Shown here in pieces: positions 50,109 to 62,713 of a DNA stretch of 64,000 nucleotides. Both the position numbers and the translations under genes were made by a program. Location: assembly GCA_043228905.1 (NCBI GenBank), contig JBHGNT010000001.1:25358001-25422000 (forward strand). Reading direction: 5' to 3'. Below the pieces are notes generated by a model, which saw only the letters and a program-made list of their open reading frames with translations, ran no database searches and was not told where the DNA came from. Origin of the DNA: Azolla caroliniana. Its lineage: Eukaryota > Plantae > Polypodiophyta. Positions within the stretch are counted from its first letter, which is position 1. Every line of letters begins with the position of its first letter.

Positions 50109-52786
50109 TCATTCTCCCTGCAATGCACTCTCACTCCTACTACGATGCATGGGGTGGATGCTAGTATCAAAGACAAAACTACTATTCAAAGTCACAGACT
50201 CCTTAGCAAGATTTCGGTCACCATGATGACGACCACTCATGCCACCATTATCATCATGCTGGCGGTGATGATGCCTTGATTTTGACCTCTTTTCACTATC
50301 CTTATTAATCCGATTTGAAACCAGTTTCTTCTGTGATTTAGATTGACCTGAAGTTCTCGATGATCTGATGCTACCACCTTTATTGTTAGATTTACCATTT
50401 CGATGTGTTCCCAATGCCGCCCTTGCAACACTATCAATCACAGCTTCTCTCACAGATATTGCCTTGATTGCATGCTTGTTGAGGTAAGTGACATGAGGAG
50501 TAAGACTTGTCACGAGTTTTCGCACTTGGTCCTCACCAATATTGGCTAAAATAGGGTTCCCAACAAGATTGAGTGCAAGCAGAGAACTGTAGTTTGCAGC
50601 AAGTTGACCAAGGCCCTTGGAAGTTGCTATCTTATTATTGCTGAGATCAAGAACACTTAACTTCAATAACCTATGAAGACCTTCTACTTCCGCAATCTTA
50701 TTTCCAGCCAGATAAAGCTCTTTAATACGTGTGCAATTGGCCAGGCCTGAAAATTCAAGGTTACAATGTTAATCACTCATGTTAAGCTTGGAAAACAACA
50801 AGAGACTGTTTCTCCTTACCATGGCCAATTTTAGAGACTCTATTGTAAGAAAGATTCAGAATTCGCAATCGGGTCAGTTCCCTGAGGCCTTCGATTTGTG
50901 GAATCCTGTTGCTTGAAAGGTCCAGCACATGAAGGCTCTGTGGTAGAGATCCTGCTGGAACTCGTGCTAGACAAAGATGATATCAAAGAAAATCAAATCT
51001 TGATAAAAGACAAATGCAAATACAAGCATAAAAAAAATCACTTTGATAAGATACTAATGGTAAAGAAAAACAATAAAAAGTAGACAGCAGAAACATCATC
51101 AGTAACTTACTGATAAAGTTTCCAGAAAGGTTGAGTGTTTTTAGGCAGTTAAAGGGACCAATAGGTGGAACTTCCCGCAAACCAATACCGCTCAGATGAG
51201 CAGTGGTGGAAAACGCATGCAAAGTTCGCAGAACAGAATTCGCAACCTCGCAGCTTGCAGTAGCTGGATTTGGCTGAGAATTTGAACTCTCACCAACTTC
51301 TTCTGTTGCAATTACAATCTCTTCATATACAGGCTCCTCAATGGTATTGATCCACTCTTCTACTCGATTTAAATTTTTATTGTAAGAGAGATCATTATCG
51401 GTAGGCTTCATTTGTATTCCAGATAAATTTAATCCTCCATCTGCAGCTGATCCTGAATTAGTATTAGCCAACTGCCACCAGCCACAAGCTTTGCTTTGAG
51501 AAGTTTGTTCATCTTGAATCACCCTTCCATGTATTTCAGTTGGAATCTCATGCATTCCCATTCTCTCATTTCTTGATTCAAGATAACGCTCGCTTGTTCG
51601 GACTGATAGATTGTCAGTCATATCTGCTGAAGCTACAGATTTTGACATGAAAGAGTGTGACTCATGGTTCTGTGAGGAAATGGAACCTTCCATTCCTGAT
51701 CCATTTCTATGTAAAATCGGAGATCCATTTAATGACTGCATCTCCTCTCTTCGATAAATACCTGGATCACTAAGATGTCCAGCCTGCAAATCATCACCAC
51801 ACTCTGTCTGATCACTGATGAATAGTGGGGGCTTATCAGGACTAGCATCATCAATAAACATGCCTTCCTCATAACGTTTCTCAAACACTCTTTGCTTTCC
51901 AGTATCATAGAAATCCATAATAGGAGACATGGCTTCAACTCCCAGTGGTCTGAGAGAGATTTGAGAAGCTTGTCTGGTGCTATCCACTTCTAAAGACTCT
52001 GAATCACTTTCGTCTGAATAGTTATCAAATGAATCACTGCCCAACTTCTCACCCTGGAGGAAACATGTATGATGATCTACAGTCTCATTATCTACAGATT
52101 TCTCGACCAGAAGGAAGCTCTCAGTAATATCTACAGATCTATCCGTTAGAAGAAAACTCTCCACAATAGTCTTTTCTCCTCTGGAAATCTGTGCATTTGC
52201 ATTATCCAGACTCCCATCAGCAGTGGATAACTCCTCAATGGAGCTACCTTTTTTAGCATCCACTCTATGACAAAACTCCTTCCCAACAGAAACCTTTAGA
52301 TGAACACTAGATAAATCTGCCAAATTCGTAGCATCATCTTTCTTTCTGGATTGAGTGCCATTTGAAATGCATTTTTCTGTGTCACCTGATTCATCAATGT
52401 TTGTATTTGCATAGCTAAGCATCCCATTAGCTTGGAAGACACCTTTCTCATTTTCAACACTGTCGAGAGATTGGTCAGATGACAGACCATTGACCAATGA
52501 GCCAACTAAAAGATTTGAATCAGCGAAACATTCTGGCAGATTTATGGTATTATCTCTCTTTCCAGGTAATACCTGCAGCGCAGTTAATCTTATATGAGCA
52601 AAAAAACAATGATACAAAAACAAGAAATAACTACATGTATGAGCTTAGACTAGCAACAACAGAACTAACATAATATCAAATAACAATCGAGCTAACCTGA
52701 GGATTCTGTGTCATTTCCGCACATTGCATAGCTTTAGCTACTTTGCTTTTTCGACTAAAGAAAGATAAGCAAAAAAGCCTCCCCAT
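50109..52786 (-). CDS. SDS22-type leucine-rich repeat protein (outer-arm dynein light chain 1-like / MASP1-like plant family), 4 coding exons, ~778 aa
   Basis: Exons 52786-52697, 52572-51111, 50966-50820, 50746-50109, all phase-consistent. Long disordered N-terminus, then RVEEWIN, LKTLNLSGNFI, LHVLDLSSNRIPQIEGLRELTRLRILNLSYNRVSKIGHGLANCTRIKELYLAGNKI, LALNLVGNP, and a basic C-tail. Confidence 0.92.
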
Positions 52787-53439
52787 TGTTAAGATGTTCG
52801 TCCTCCAACAAAAGTCTTAAAAAACCTCTAGCTTGATAAGGTTAATTTATGAAAAAGGAAGTAGCAAACTGCCGTGCCACACAAAAGCAAGTGTGGTATG
52901 CATAAAAAGAATTATGTTCTAAATTATAACCAAAAGATAGCCTTTTGAGCTACATCAGGAACGAAACACCCAAACTCAATATTCGCAATCCCAAATCTAT
53001 TTAACCATAATCCACGAACAATCCCTGGAGCATGCGACAGAACCTCCAGACAAAAGACTCATTTGCATTGAGTTGAACTTCTAAATTGCTTAGCCCTTCA
53101 GCCCACCCCCGCACCTTTCCAATGGTGCGCGAACGAAGATTCACAAGCACGGCCAGAGTGAACAGTCCAAATGGCCGCAGCCCGTTAATTGCAATTTAGT
53201 CCTGGCAAAATGAGACTATAATTAGAAGAATATAAAGACGCGCACAAAAAATGTTCATGCACACACCCATATAATAGAAGTTTGTAACATCAATACTTTC
53301 AGCATCTCAAATTAATCCATCACCAGTATTGTATGCAAGTTCTTTCCAAATCCTGTGGAAATATAATGCAAGTTCTTTCCAAAATCCAATTAAAATCTTG
53401 AACCCATGGATTTCTTTGAATGTCAATAAGTATCATTCA

Positions 53440-54540
53440 CATTCTCAATACCTCCATTCTCACTCTTCAATGACACCTTTCCTTCATCCTTCACTTCCAT
53501 GTGTTTTCCTTCTGACCAATTTCTCCATAATTATTAATTCTTCATCCATCATTTTTGTTTATCTCCTCACTTCTCCCCTTTTCTCTACACAACTTTTTCA
53601 TCCCTCCATTTTCTTCTCATTTATTTATTCCTCCTTTGTCATTCCTCTATTTTCTTTATCGATCATCTTTTCCTCCTGCTTCCAAATCTCTCCTTTTCTT
53701 AACTCATTCCTCTATTTTCTTTATGCATTATTTTTTCCTAATCCTTCCAATCTTGTATTTTCTATGTTCTTCTTTCAGCTCTTCTTGCCTCTCTTTTCTT
53801 TTATCTACCATCGTTTAAATCCCCCCTGCAATCTTGACTTTTCTTCATTCATTGTCTTCCACTGCCCCCTCCCTCACCCGTCATCTTTCCTTCCCCTTTC
53901 AATCTTGTTTTCCATATTCATCCTCTTTCTTCTCAATCCACATCTTTCCCTATTTCTTCAAGTCTTGTTTTTTCTTTATCCCTCTTTCACTTTCTCCTTC
54001 CTAGCTTTTGCTTTCCCACCTTCTTTACCTCTCCCTTGCAATCTTGTCTTTTCTTCATTCATTCTCTTTCACCTCTTCCTTCCTCTCTTTTCTTTATCAA
54101 TCATCTTCACCTTCCTTTGCAACCTTGTATATTTTTTATTCATCCTCTTTGCGTTACTCCTCTTATCTTTTCTCTATGCACCCCTTTTTCCTTTACACAT
54201 TCTCCATTGACTTCTTTTTTATACAAGTTGTTCTTCCACTTCCTCCCTTCTTGTCTGGACTCTTCATCCACCATCTTTCCCTTTGTTCTCTTTCATGTCC
54301 TCATCCACCACCTTTTCCTTTCCTTCGTCCTCTCTCACTTCTTCAATCTTCTATTTTCATCATCCATCATCTTTTCCGGCCTTTTCTTCTCATTATCTCC
54401 TTCCCATACAAAGCCTTTATCTTCCTCTTTCCCCCTTCCACTTATTATTCTCCGCTCCTCTCTTCTTCTTCTTCTTCTTATTTGTTTCCACTCTTCCTGT
54501 CTTTTTCTCTCTGCTCTTTTAGGCCATGTCTGTTGCCCCT
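53440..54540. repeat. ~1.1-kb pyrimidine-rich (T/C) low-complexity tract
   Basis: Nearly G-free + strand. Weak recurring gcaatcttg units. Confidence 0.85.
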
Positions 54541-55014
54541 GTTGCCTTTCTAAATGCATCCAAAAGCAGATAGCCATGTTCGATCACCAAGAAACTACAC
54601 ACGCCTAAACTAGATAGAATTATACGAAAATGATTCAATTGCTTCTAATCTAGATTATTGTTTCTTCACAAGGGATTAATCAGAGCCATAAGTGAAAAAC
54701 GGAGCAGTTATCATGGAGCAGGCTTGGAAAAATTAATTTCTCTCTTGCATACAAAAATCATTCAAGAGGAAAAGGATGAATTAGGATCCGGATTAGGGTT
54801 AAGGTTTGACGGAGGCAAAAGTGCAAAGAAAGAAGAGAACGAAAAGGAGGGAAGCCATACCTTGAACCTCAGAGGAAGAAGAGCGAGCGAGCGAGCGATT
54901 CGAAGCCTCCTCGTCCCCTCGCTGAGACTCTGTGTGTCTGATGTATAGATATACCTAATTATAAAGCTGTGGTAATTACGTCTTTTCCTGCACAGTGTTA
55001 AAAGGACACACGCG

Positions 55015-55163
55015 GTCTCTCTCTCTCTCTCTGTCTCTCTCTCCCCTGCAAGCCGCCTCTCCCCACACCCACATGTCATGTGTATATGTATATGTATGTA
55101 TATGTATCGTATGTATCCATCCAATTGATCCATGTATGTATGTATAATGTATGTATGTATGTA

Positions 55164-55220
<57 letters not shown>
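55015..55220. repeat. Compound microsatellite (CT)n, (TGTA)n, (GT)n upstream of the LRR gene
   Basis: Direct read. Confidence 0.95.
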
Positions 55221-55221
<1 letters not shown>

Positions 55222-56479
55222 GATTGGGGGTATCATTGCCTCGTGCTCTCGAGCGGGCAGGCTGTATTGTTCTCGGGACCCATCACATTAAAATTTGTGA
55301 TTACAAAAGTTTGCCGCATCTCCATCGTCTTTGGCCCATCCACTTGAACCGACGGAAAAGAATATAATTGAATGTTGATTTTGTTCCGCACTGAAGAGAC
55401 CTTTCTCTTCATCCTGAATATATATCTTCAAGGAGCCTACCCTACCTCACGTTTGGTCAGCAATTTGCCTCTTTCATTAGATGCTTTTCTGCTCAACAGA
55501 TCGAACTAGAAAACATACCCATATATAAAATTTGAGAGATTGTACATACGCTCACTTATGTACATGGGAATGAATGACTAGGCATGATTAATTTGATTGG
55601 CTCGTTCAATTTGACCACCAATTTGAGAATTTATTGTGTTGGCAAGGCCACTATAAGCATTATAAGACAACTTTGACAAATTCCTTTTGTACTAAGATCT
55701 CAACACAGTTGAGATTTTTTGACTTGTTGGGGCACATTGATGCATAAACACATGTTTATTCTCATCAAACTTGAGAACTTTCAAAAACAAGAAGCATATG
55801 TGTTTACATGCTGGTAAGAGCAGCCAGAGTGTGTTGATGACATTCTTGTGACAAGAATAAACATATATTCATTCTCATAAAATCTGAAAACTTTCGAAAA
55901 CACTACTAAGTATTTGTGAAAGGCCTTTTCCATGTGTTTTACTGTTTAGGTACGTACAATACCTCATGAATGGTACTATACGTGCTACACCTTAAAGTTA
56001 CTTTGCCAAATTGTTTATATTTTGTTTAGTATTGCACTCAATGTACCAATGGAAAAAGACTTATAATATGAGAAAAACTCCAAATGTTATATGAAAAACT
56101 CCACATATTATAAATATTAGAAGGGGCCCCAAATATACACCTAACTTTGAAATTATTTGAAAATCCTTGCTAGCAAATAGTTTTGCATTTTTATCTATCT
56201 TCTATCCATTCTAAACATTGTCAACCATGCTCGAATTCCATGATGTACCCACATGTTTACATGCTTTGAGAAGTTGGGGTTAAAGATGAAAGTTAAAGCT
56301 GAACAATCAAGAGTGAGTAGCATTTTTACCGTTTTTTACTTAAAGATTTAGTGCATTTTTTGTCATTATTAGGTGAAGTGAAAATTGAAGATTTTGATCC
56401 ACATTCTCATTAGTAGTTTTAACGGCTTGCATAAAAAACAACTATTGTGGATTTCTTGCATTGTTTGTTAATGTCTAAA

Positions 56480-56900
56480 TGGTGTTGCAACTTTTGCTAC
56501 TTTGCATATACTATGGAAGCCAAATGGTACATGATTAGGGTATTTGTGAATCAAATGGCATTTATTTGTAGGAAAATGCGTCGAACTCTAAAACAAACAC
56601 CATCTTGTGTTAATTCTCTGGGGCAACCGCTTTTGGTTCTAACATGAGAAACCACCTTGAAACTATAGGCTTCTTCACTTGGTACCCTCGCTTTGTAGGG
56701 GTTCGACGTGGGGTAATAGGTATTTGTTTTGGATTATGGCTTCGTTTATTCATTGAAAGTACAAATATATCAATATATCCAAAATTTCCATTTTTCTTGG
56801 GCACTTCCACGATGGGTGACATTTAATTGTGTGCTTAACAACGCCAACTATGCCAACATTTCGAGCATTTTCTCAATTTCATCCGTGACTTATTATTGGG
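56480..56900 (-). mobile_element. Very old Gypsy RT remnant
   Basis: SPIVEVPKKNG matches the RT-start motif SPIVVVPKKNGK. Broken YPLP, EAYSF and VAPE motifs follow. Confidence 0.55.
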
Positions 56901-57251
56901 CATAATGGGAGTTGATTGATGTAGGTTGTTAAAATACTCATATCACATAGTGTTGTTGGTCATGGTCGTATAACAATGTCATTGAGGAAATTTTCTTACT
57001 CCAAGGGTCGTTGAGGTAATGCATTATCTATGGTAAATGATCGTCATGACTTAAGCATAGAGAATGGTGTGTCAACCTAGTGAAGAGGGAAGCAATTCTA
57101 AAAAATATTGGTGGTCACTGGAGGTTCTTTGACCTAGAGGCAAAAGAGACACATGAACAATCAAACTTTGTAAGAATCTAATGCATAATTGTAAGTAATT
57201 ACGTGTGCAATTATGTTAAGCGGAATACATTAGAGATGTGTGTTATGTGTG

Positions 57252-58023
57252 TGTTAAAGGAGAGACACAAGATAGATAGGAGATTGAACACTAAAATGTA
57301 TATTAACAAGGAATAAGAATAACCGACCACTACAAAGGAGGGAGGAGGGTGCTTTATATAAAGTTACCCTCTCTCTACATTCTCTCACTAAAACGCCCAC
57401 CCTCTCTCTAGAATATTGGGAACCTCATTAACTATCTGTTATAGAATATAACTCTATGACACATTAGTTATGTTACAAGGTGGTGGTGACCTTTGAGTGT
57501 TTATGTGTGCATTCACACACATTACATATTCTCAAAGGTGTGTTCACACACCAGACTAAGTTGAGTTTGATTCTCAACACACCCCTTCAAGCTCAACTAT
57601 GTCATGGCTGAGCGGTAGCGAATATCATTTAGCGGGGATCTCGGTAATCTTCCCTCCTCATCAAGCTCAGCAAGTTAGAGGTCGAAAGTCCAAGCTTCGT
57701 TGAAATTGCTAAAGCTTGTCGGCCACTAGGGCTTTCGTGAAGATGGCGTCCGTTTGAAGATTCATGTTGATATGTTGAAGGTAGTCATCCCCCACAGTGA
57801 CACGTTCTCGGATGAAGTGGTAGTGCACCTAGAGATGTGCTTTGTCCGAGCATGGAATACCGGATTTCAAGCTAGATGGATGTTGCTGAGATTGTTGCAG
57901 TAGATCCAAATTGGGTCGTTGATGGAGACGTCAAGGTCTTTCAAAATTCTCTTAAGCCATACGGCTTCACATGCAGCCATGACTGCTCCCTTGTATTCGT
58001 CCTTTGTGCTCGATAGCGCTACG
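57252..58023 (-). mobile_element. Older Copia element (outermost nest layer): 3' LTR, PPT and RNase H end
   Basis: LTR ~57252-57579 (TG...CA), PPT gttgagcttgaaggggtg. RNase H relic VALSSTKDEYKGAVMAACEAVWLKRIL...NPVFHART...VHYHFIRERV, cut at 58023 by a Gypsy LTR. Confidence 0.85.
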
Positions 58024-61000
58024 CATTAGAGATATGTACTAATGTAAGCATTAGATAAGGATAGAATATAGATAGATAGATAGAAAGGAGAGAGAGAAAG
58101 AAGTGTGTCGATCCACCCGACAACCCTCGATCGAAGGGATCGAGATGGAATCGAGCCTCGATCGGCGTTCCATACCACCGTCGTGGCGTCGAGTCGTACC
58201 TAGTGTTGGTGCACTCGCTACAAGAGTTGAACCACCAAGAAAAAAAGTCTCGACGTAGTCAAAAGATGATGAAATAAGGGTAGCTAGGCCTCTTATTTAT
58301 AGCGATACCCAAGGCCCCCAGGAAGTTCACATCTGGTCTAATGGGTTGTCTCAATCCCGAGAATTAAAAGTAATCCTCCCCTTCTTTACACTCTCGTTTA
58401 ACCCTCACACTTATCCACGTGTATAGAATACTACGGTAAATTCTCACCACGGGATATTATATGGTCATGCCCGTAACATACTCCCCCTCTTTAAAACATT
58501 GCACTCTTGCAATGGAAAGATAGGGAAATTAGTTTTGAGAGTATTTTCATGTTCTCATGTGGCATCTTTTATTGATTTATCCATCCATTTTATTTTAAAT
58601 TCTCGGATTTCTTTAGTACGTAATTTTTTTGTTTTAACATCGAGAATTCTTTCTGGTACATGTGGTTTAGAAGATAATTCTTCAGAAGTAACCAGAGTTT
58701 CAGTTGTAACTGTATTGTCACCAAAACCTAGAAGTTCTTTTAGATGACTCACATGAAAAACTAGATGTATTTCAACACCATCGGGAAGAGTGAGACGATA
58801 GGCTGATGATCCAATGCGTTTGAGGACTGTAAAAGGTCCACAAAACCGTGGGGCTAACTTAGCGCACTTACCCTTAGACAATGTCTTAGAATTGTGAGGT
58901 ACACGTAAAAATACCTTCTGTCCAGGGTTGAATACACAAGGTTGCCTATGATGATCGACATAAAAACGCGCTCTATCTTGAGCTATTTTTATATTATCTC
59001 GTGCAATATGCATCATATCTTGCATATCCCGAAGAAAGTTTTGCGTACTTCGCAACTCATCATGATGTATATTAACATCAATCGGGGCTCATGGCTGAAA
59101 ACCATACATCAACATAAAAGGACTATATCCCGTCAACGTATGCTTGGAGCTGTTATAAGCAAACTCCAAAATTGGGAGATAACGTTCCCATTTTGTTGGT
59201 TTTGCACCAACGTATGCTCAAAGCATGTCCTCAATAATTTGATTTACTCGTTCTGTTTGTCCATCGGATTGAGGATGATCCGTGGAGCTCATGCTCAATG
59301 TAGTTTCTAACTTCTTAAAGACTTGCGTCCAGAAGTCACTAGTAAATTTTGGATCTCGATCACTCACGATATCCATCGGTAACCCATAAAAACGAAATAA
59401 CTCATCAACGAATTGGTAAGCCAATTCAAGAGCTGTTACCGTGGTTTTAGTAGCAATAAATCTGGCCATTTTAGTTAGTTTATCAACCACAACCTAGATG
59501 GCATCATGACCTTTATGGGTGTGAGGAAGGCTAACAATAAAATCCATGGATATACTTTCCCAAGGGATGTAAAAGGTCTGCGGCTTTAAGTTGTTCGACT
59601 TTGTTAACCTGACATTGGTGACATTTAGTCACATAACTATGTATGTCAGGGCGCATCTTAGGCCAATAGCATTGAATGGAGATGAGAATGAGTGTATGAT
59701 GTATTTCAGGGTGCCCTGATGAGGGTGCATCATGACATTAAAAAATAATTCTCTTTTTTACCTCAGGCAAATATGAAACACAAACCTTCCCATTACGGTA
59801 GAGCAGACCGTTAGCAATGTGGAAGTATTCCTTCGAGGATGTGGTGGTGTCTGTTCCAAACTCAACTCTTGCCCAATATTTTCGCAAAATAACTGTCATC
59901 AAGATACTTTCCTCGAAGGTGATCATAAAGATCTGATGTTATTTCAGTGAAGCTAAGCATGTTAACTTCACAGATGTGACTTGGTGCATCAACGACAGTG
60001 TTCATGGAACCTTTACGATATTGTATGGAAAAATCAAAGTCCTGGATGAGATCAGCCCATTGTGCCTTATGACCTTTCAAGTCTTGTTGGTCACAAAAAT
60101 ATTTTAAGGACTCGTGGTCCGTAGTTACCACAAAATGATTTCCATAATGATAATGGCGACATGTTTTGAGCGCATGTATAACTGCAAATAATTCCTTTTC
60201 TTGAACGGTATACCGACATTGAGTAGAATCAAGTTTCTTACTCTCGAATGCTATTGGTTTACAATCTTGATATAAGACAACACATATAGCATAATCACTT
60301 GCATCGGTTTCAACCTCATAAGGTTTTGAAGGATCGGGTAAAAGAAGTGAAGGAGCCTTGCACACCAGGTCCTTGAGTTCCTTAAAGGCGAGGTCTAGTG
60401 TAGCATTCCAGACAATAAGTTTTGTGGACTTACGCGTTTGACCTTTTAGAAGATCAGTAAACGACGTTGTCAAAATTACGAAGGGATTTTCGCAAAAACC
60501 GAAAAAACCAAGGAATGATCGAACTTCTCGAATATTCCGAAGAGTGGGCCAAAGCTTGATTTTCTCGATGCGAGAAGGATCAATTTCAACTCCTCGTTCA
60601 ATTATGAGATGTCCAAGATAATAAATTGATTTCTTGAAGAACTCACATTTTGAGATCTTCACATAAAACTGTTTGTCACGCAATGTTTGTAAAACAAAGC
60701 GGACATGTTTAGCATATTCTTGTAATGTACGGCTATAAACTAAAATATCATCTAAGAAAATAACGACAAATTTTCCAAGTTGTTCTTGGAAAATGTCATT
60801 CATTTCTTGTTGAAATGTAGTCGGAGCATTGGTCAAAGCAAAAGGTATAACCAAAAACTCATAATGGCCATAGCGCGTACGAAATGTCGTTTTAGGAACA
60901 TCGTCCTCACTAATACGAATTTGATGGTAGCCAGTACGGAGATCAAGTTTTGTAAAATACCGAGCTCCCTGGAGACGGTCAATTAGATCGTCAGCCCGAG

Positions 61001-62106
61001 GCAATGGATACGAATTCTTGATCGTCACTTTATTCAAGTGTCGGTAATTAATACACATACGCCATGTGCCCTCTTTCCTTTTAACCAAGAGAACTGGTGC
61101 ACCCCATGGAGATTTACTATAACGTATATAGCCTATTTGTAAATAGTCCTTGAGTTGCTTAGATACCTCATCCTCTTCGGATCGACTTAAGCGATAAGGA
61201 GGTATACTTATTGGTGCAATGCCAGGTACAATATCTATATGATGGTCTATATTACGTTTAGGAGGTAACCCATCAGGTAGTTCACTCGGAAAAACATCAC
61301 GAAAATCATTTAAGATTTCATCAAGTTGTTGTTGTTCAAAATATGTTAATTGAAGCGAGATATTATCGATATTGTAAACGTGAATGTCTGGATCAAGTAC
61401 ACAATAAAATAGAGTAGAACAAGACAACTTGGATATTGATGGTAAGGAAACAATCGAGAGGGATTGTTTTTTTACACATTTAAAATGAGTACAGTCGTTC
61501 AGTACAAACGTAATTGAATGATGAACCCAATCAATAGATAAAGAAGAGTTTTTATTATAGAACCAAGGATAACCCAGTATTACATCAGTGGTACAAAGAT
61601 TCATTACATGGAAGTCTACTTCCTCTATATAAGTATCAATAGAAATTCCTAATGAATGAATCGCCCCGTTGATGTATTGTACTCTTCCATCAGCCAGTGC
61701 ACCATATAGGTGTGATCACTTACGGTGGGTTGGATTACCCATATCTAAACCAAAAAATCATTCAAAAAGTTATGTGAGCTTCCAGAATCAAACAAAAATT
61801 GTACGGGAGATCCATTGATATACCTGTTTGCACGTAGTAAATCATTGGGACCCAATACATAGTGAGGGAAAGAACATTGACAATTACTTAAACGATGTGT
61901 ATAGACTTGAAGGACATTAGGAATCTGACCATGGTTTGCAGCTTTAGCTTTGCTGCCGTACTCTTTCTGTTGGAGCTTTCGACATTGCTCTTTTGTATGA
62001 CCCTTCTTTTTGCAGAATACGCAAAAAGGCTGTTGTCGCTTACAATCGCGATCCATGAATTCGTTGGGTGTCTTGCGTTTCCCAACGAATTGTGACTGCT
62101 TAGTCT
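58024..62106 (-). mobile_element. Ty3/Gypsy chromovirus copy 1 (gag end, PR, RT, RH, INT, chromodomain, 3' LTR), disabled
   Basis: CVFCKKKGHTKEQC, FLFDSGSSHNF, RT ([22 protein letters not shown]), RNase H (VETDASDYA), integrase (IVSDRDPKF, HPQSDGQTER), GPF motif and chromodomain PERILD...KIKW. PPT 58479-58490, LTR 58024-58478. Confidence 0.95.
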
Positions 62107-62713
62107 TGAAAAGAATAGCGTGCGAAAGCAAGTAGAAAACCGAAGACAGAAAAATGCGCAGGTTTAATGGAGAGCTTGAATATACGCAGTACACGGGAGA
62201 GATAGAGAGAAAGAGAGAGAAGACACAACACTCTATTAAGAAAATAACAGTTCTCTATAATACTCTCTGTACATCATACGGACTGACAGAAGTACGATGT
62301 ACTTCAATGCTCACACAAGCGTCTGACACAAACTATGAGACATTAACTACCTAGTAGTCTAGGCTGCTACTAGGCCTCCGGTTACTGATGGATCCGTCTA
62401 ACCGGCTCCTGAGCTCACCGGCTCACTTGCTCACCGGCTCACAGATCTGGCTCATCCTTCCAGATGTCAATCCGGCTCAGGCTTATTCAGCCGATCCGGA
62501 TCCGGTTGAGCTTGCCACTCAACACTCCCCCTCAAGCTCAACTTGAGGTCGTATCGTAGTGTTAGTCTCCATGGTAGTCGATCCTTCCGCCCGACTCCTT
62601 CTAGTGTCACCCCGCCTTGCTCGCGCTCCTTGTCCGGTCTGGTTCCATTTTCCGCGACCCTTCTGTTTATGCGCACCTCGAACTCCTCAGTCGGCTTGTC
62701 TGCTCAACAGGCC
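62107..62713 (-). mobile_element. Copia element related to 10223-16085: 3' LTR (62107-62524), PPT and 3' internal region, inserted in the Gypsy gag
   Basis: Shares gcgtgcg(a/g)aagcaagta, caggtttaatggagagcttga, gtacttcaatgctca, ttcagccgatccgg and the PPT junction caacactccccctcaagctcaacttgagg with the first Copia. Confidence 0.9.

Noticed and set aside
1-52786. The six genes as a functional cluster
   Set aside because: Functions and compartments are unrelated, orientations are mixed, and no shared regulatory signature is visible.
53329-54608. Long F/L/S-rich 'membrane protein' ORFs
   Set aside because: An artefact of the T/C-rich tract, which lacks stop codons in several frames at once.
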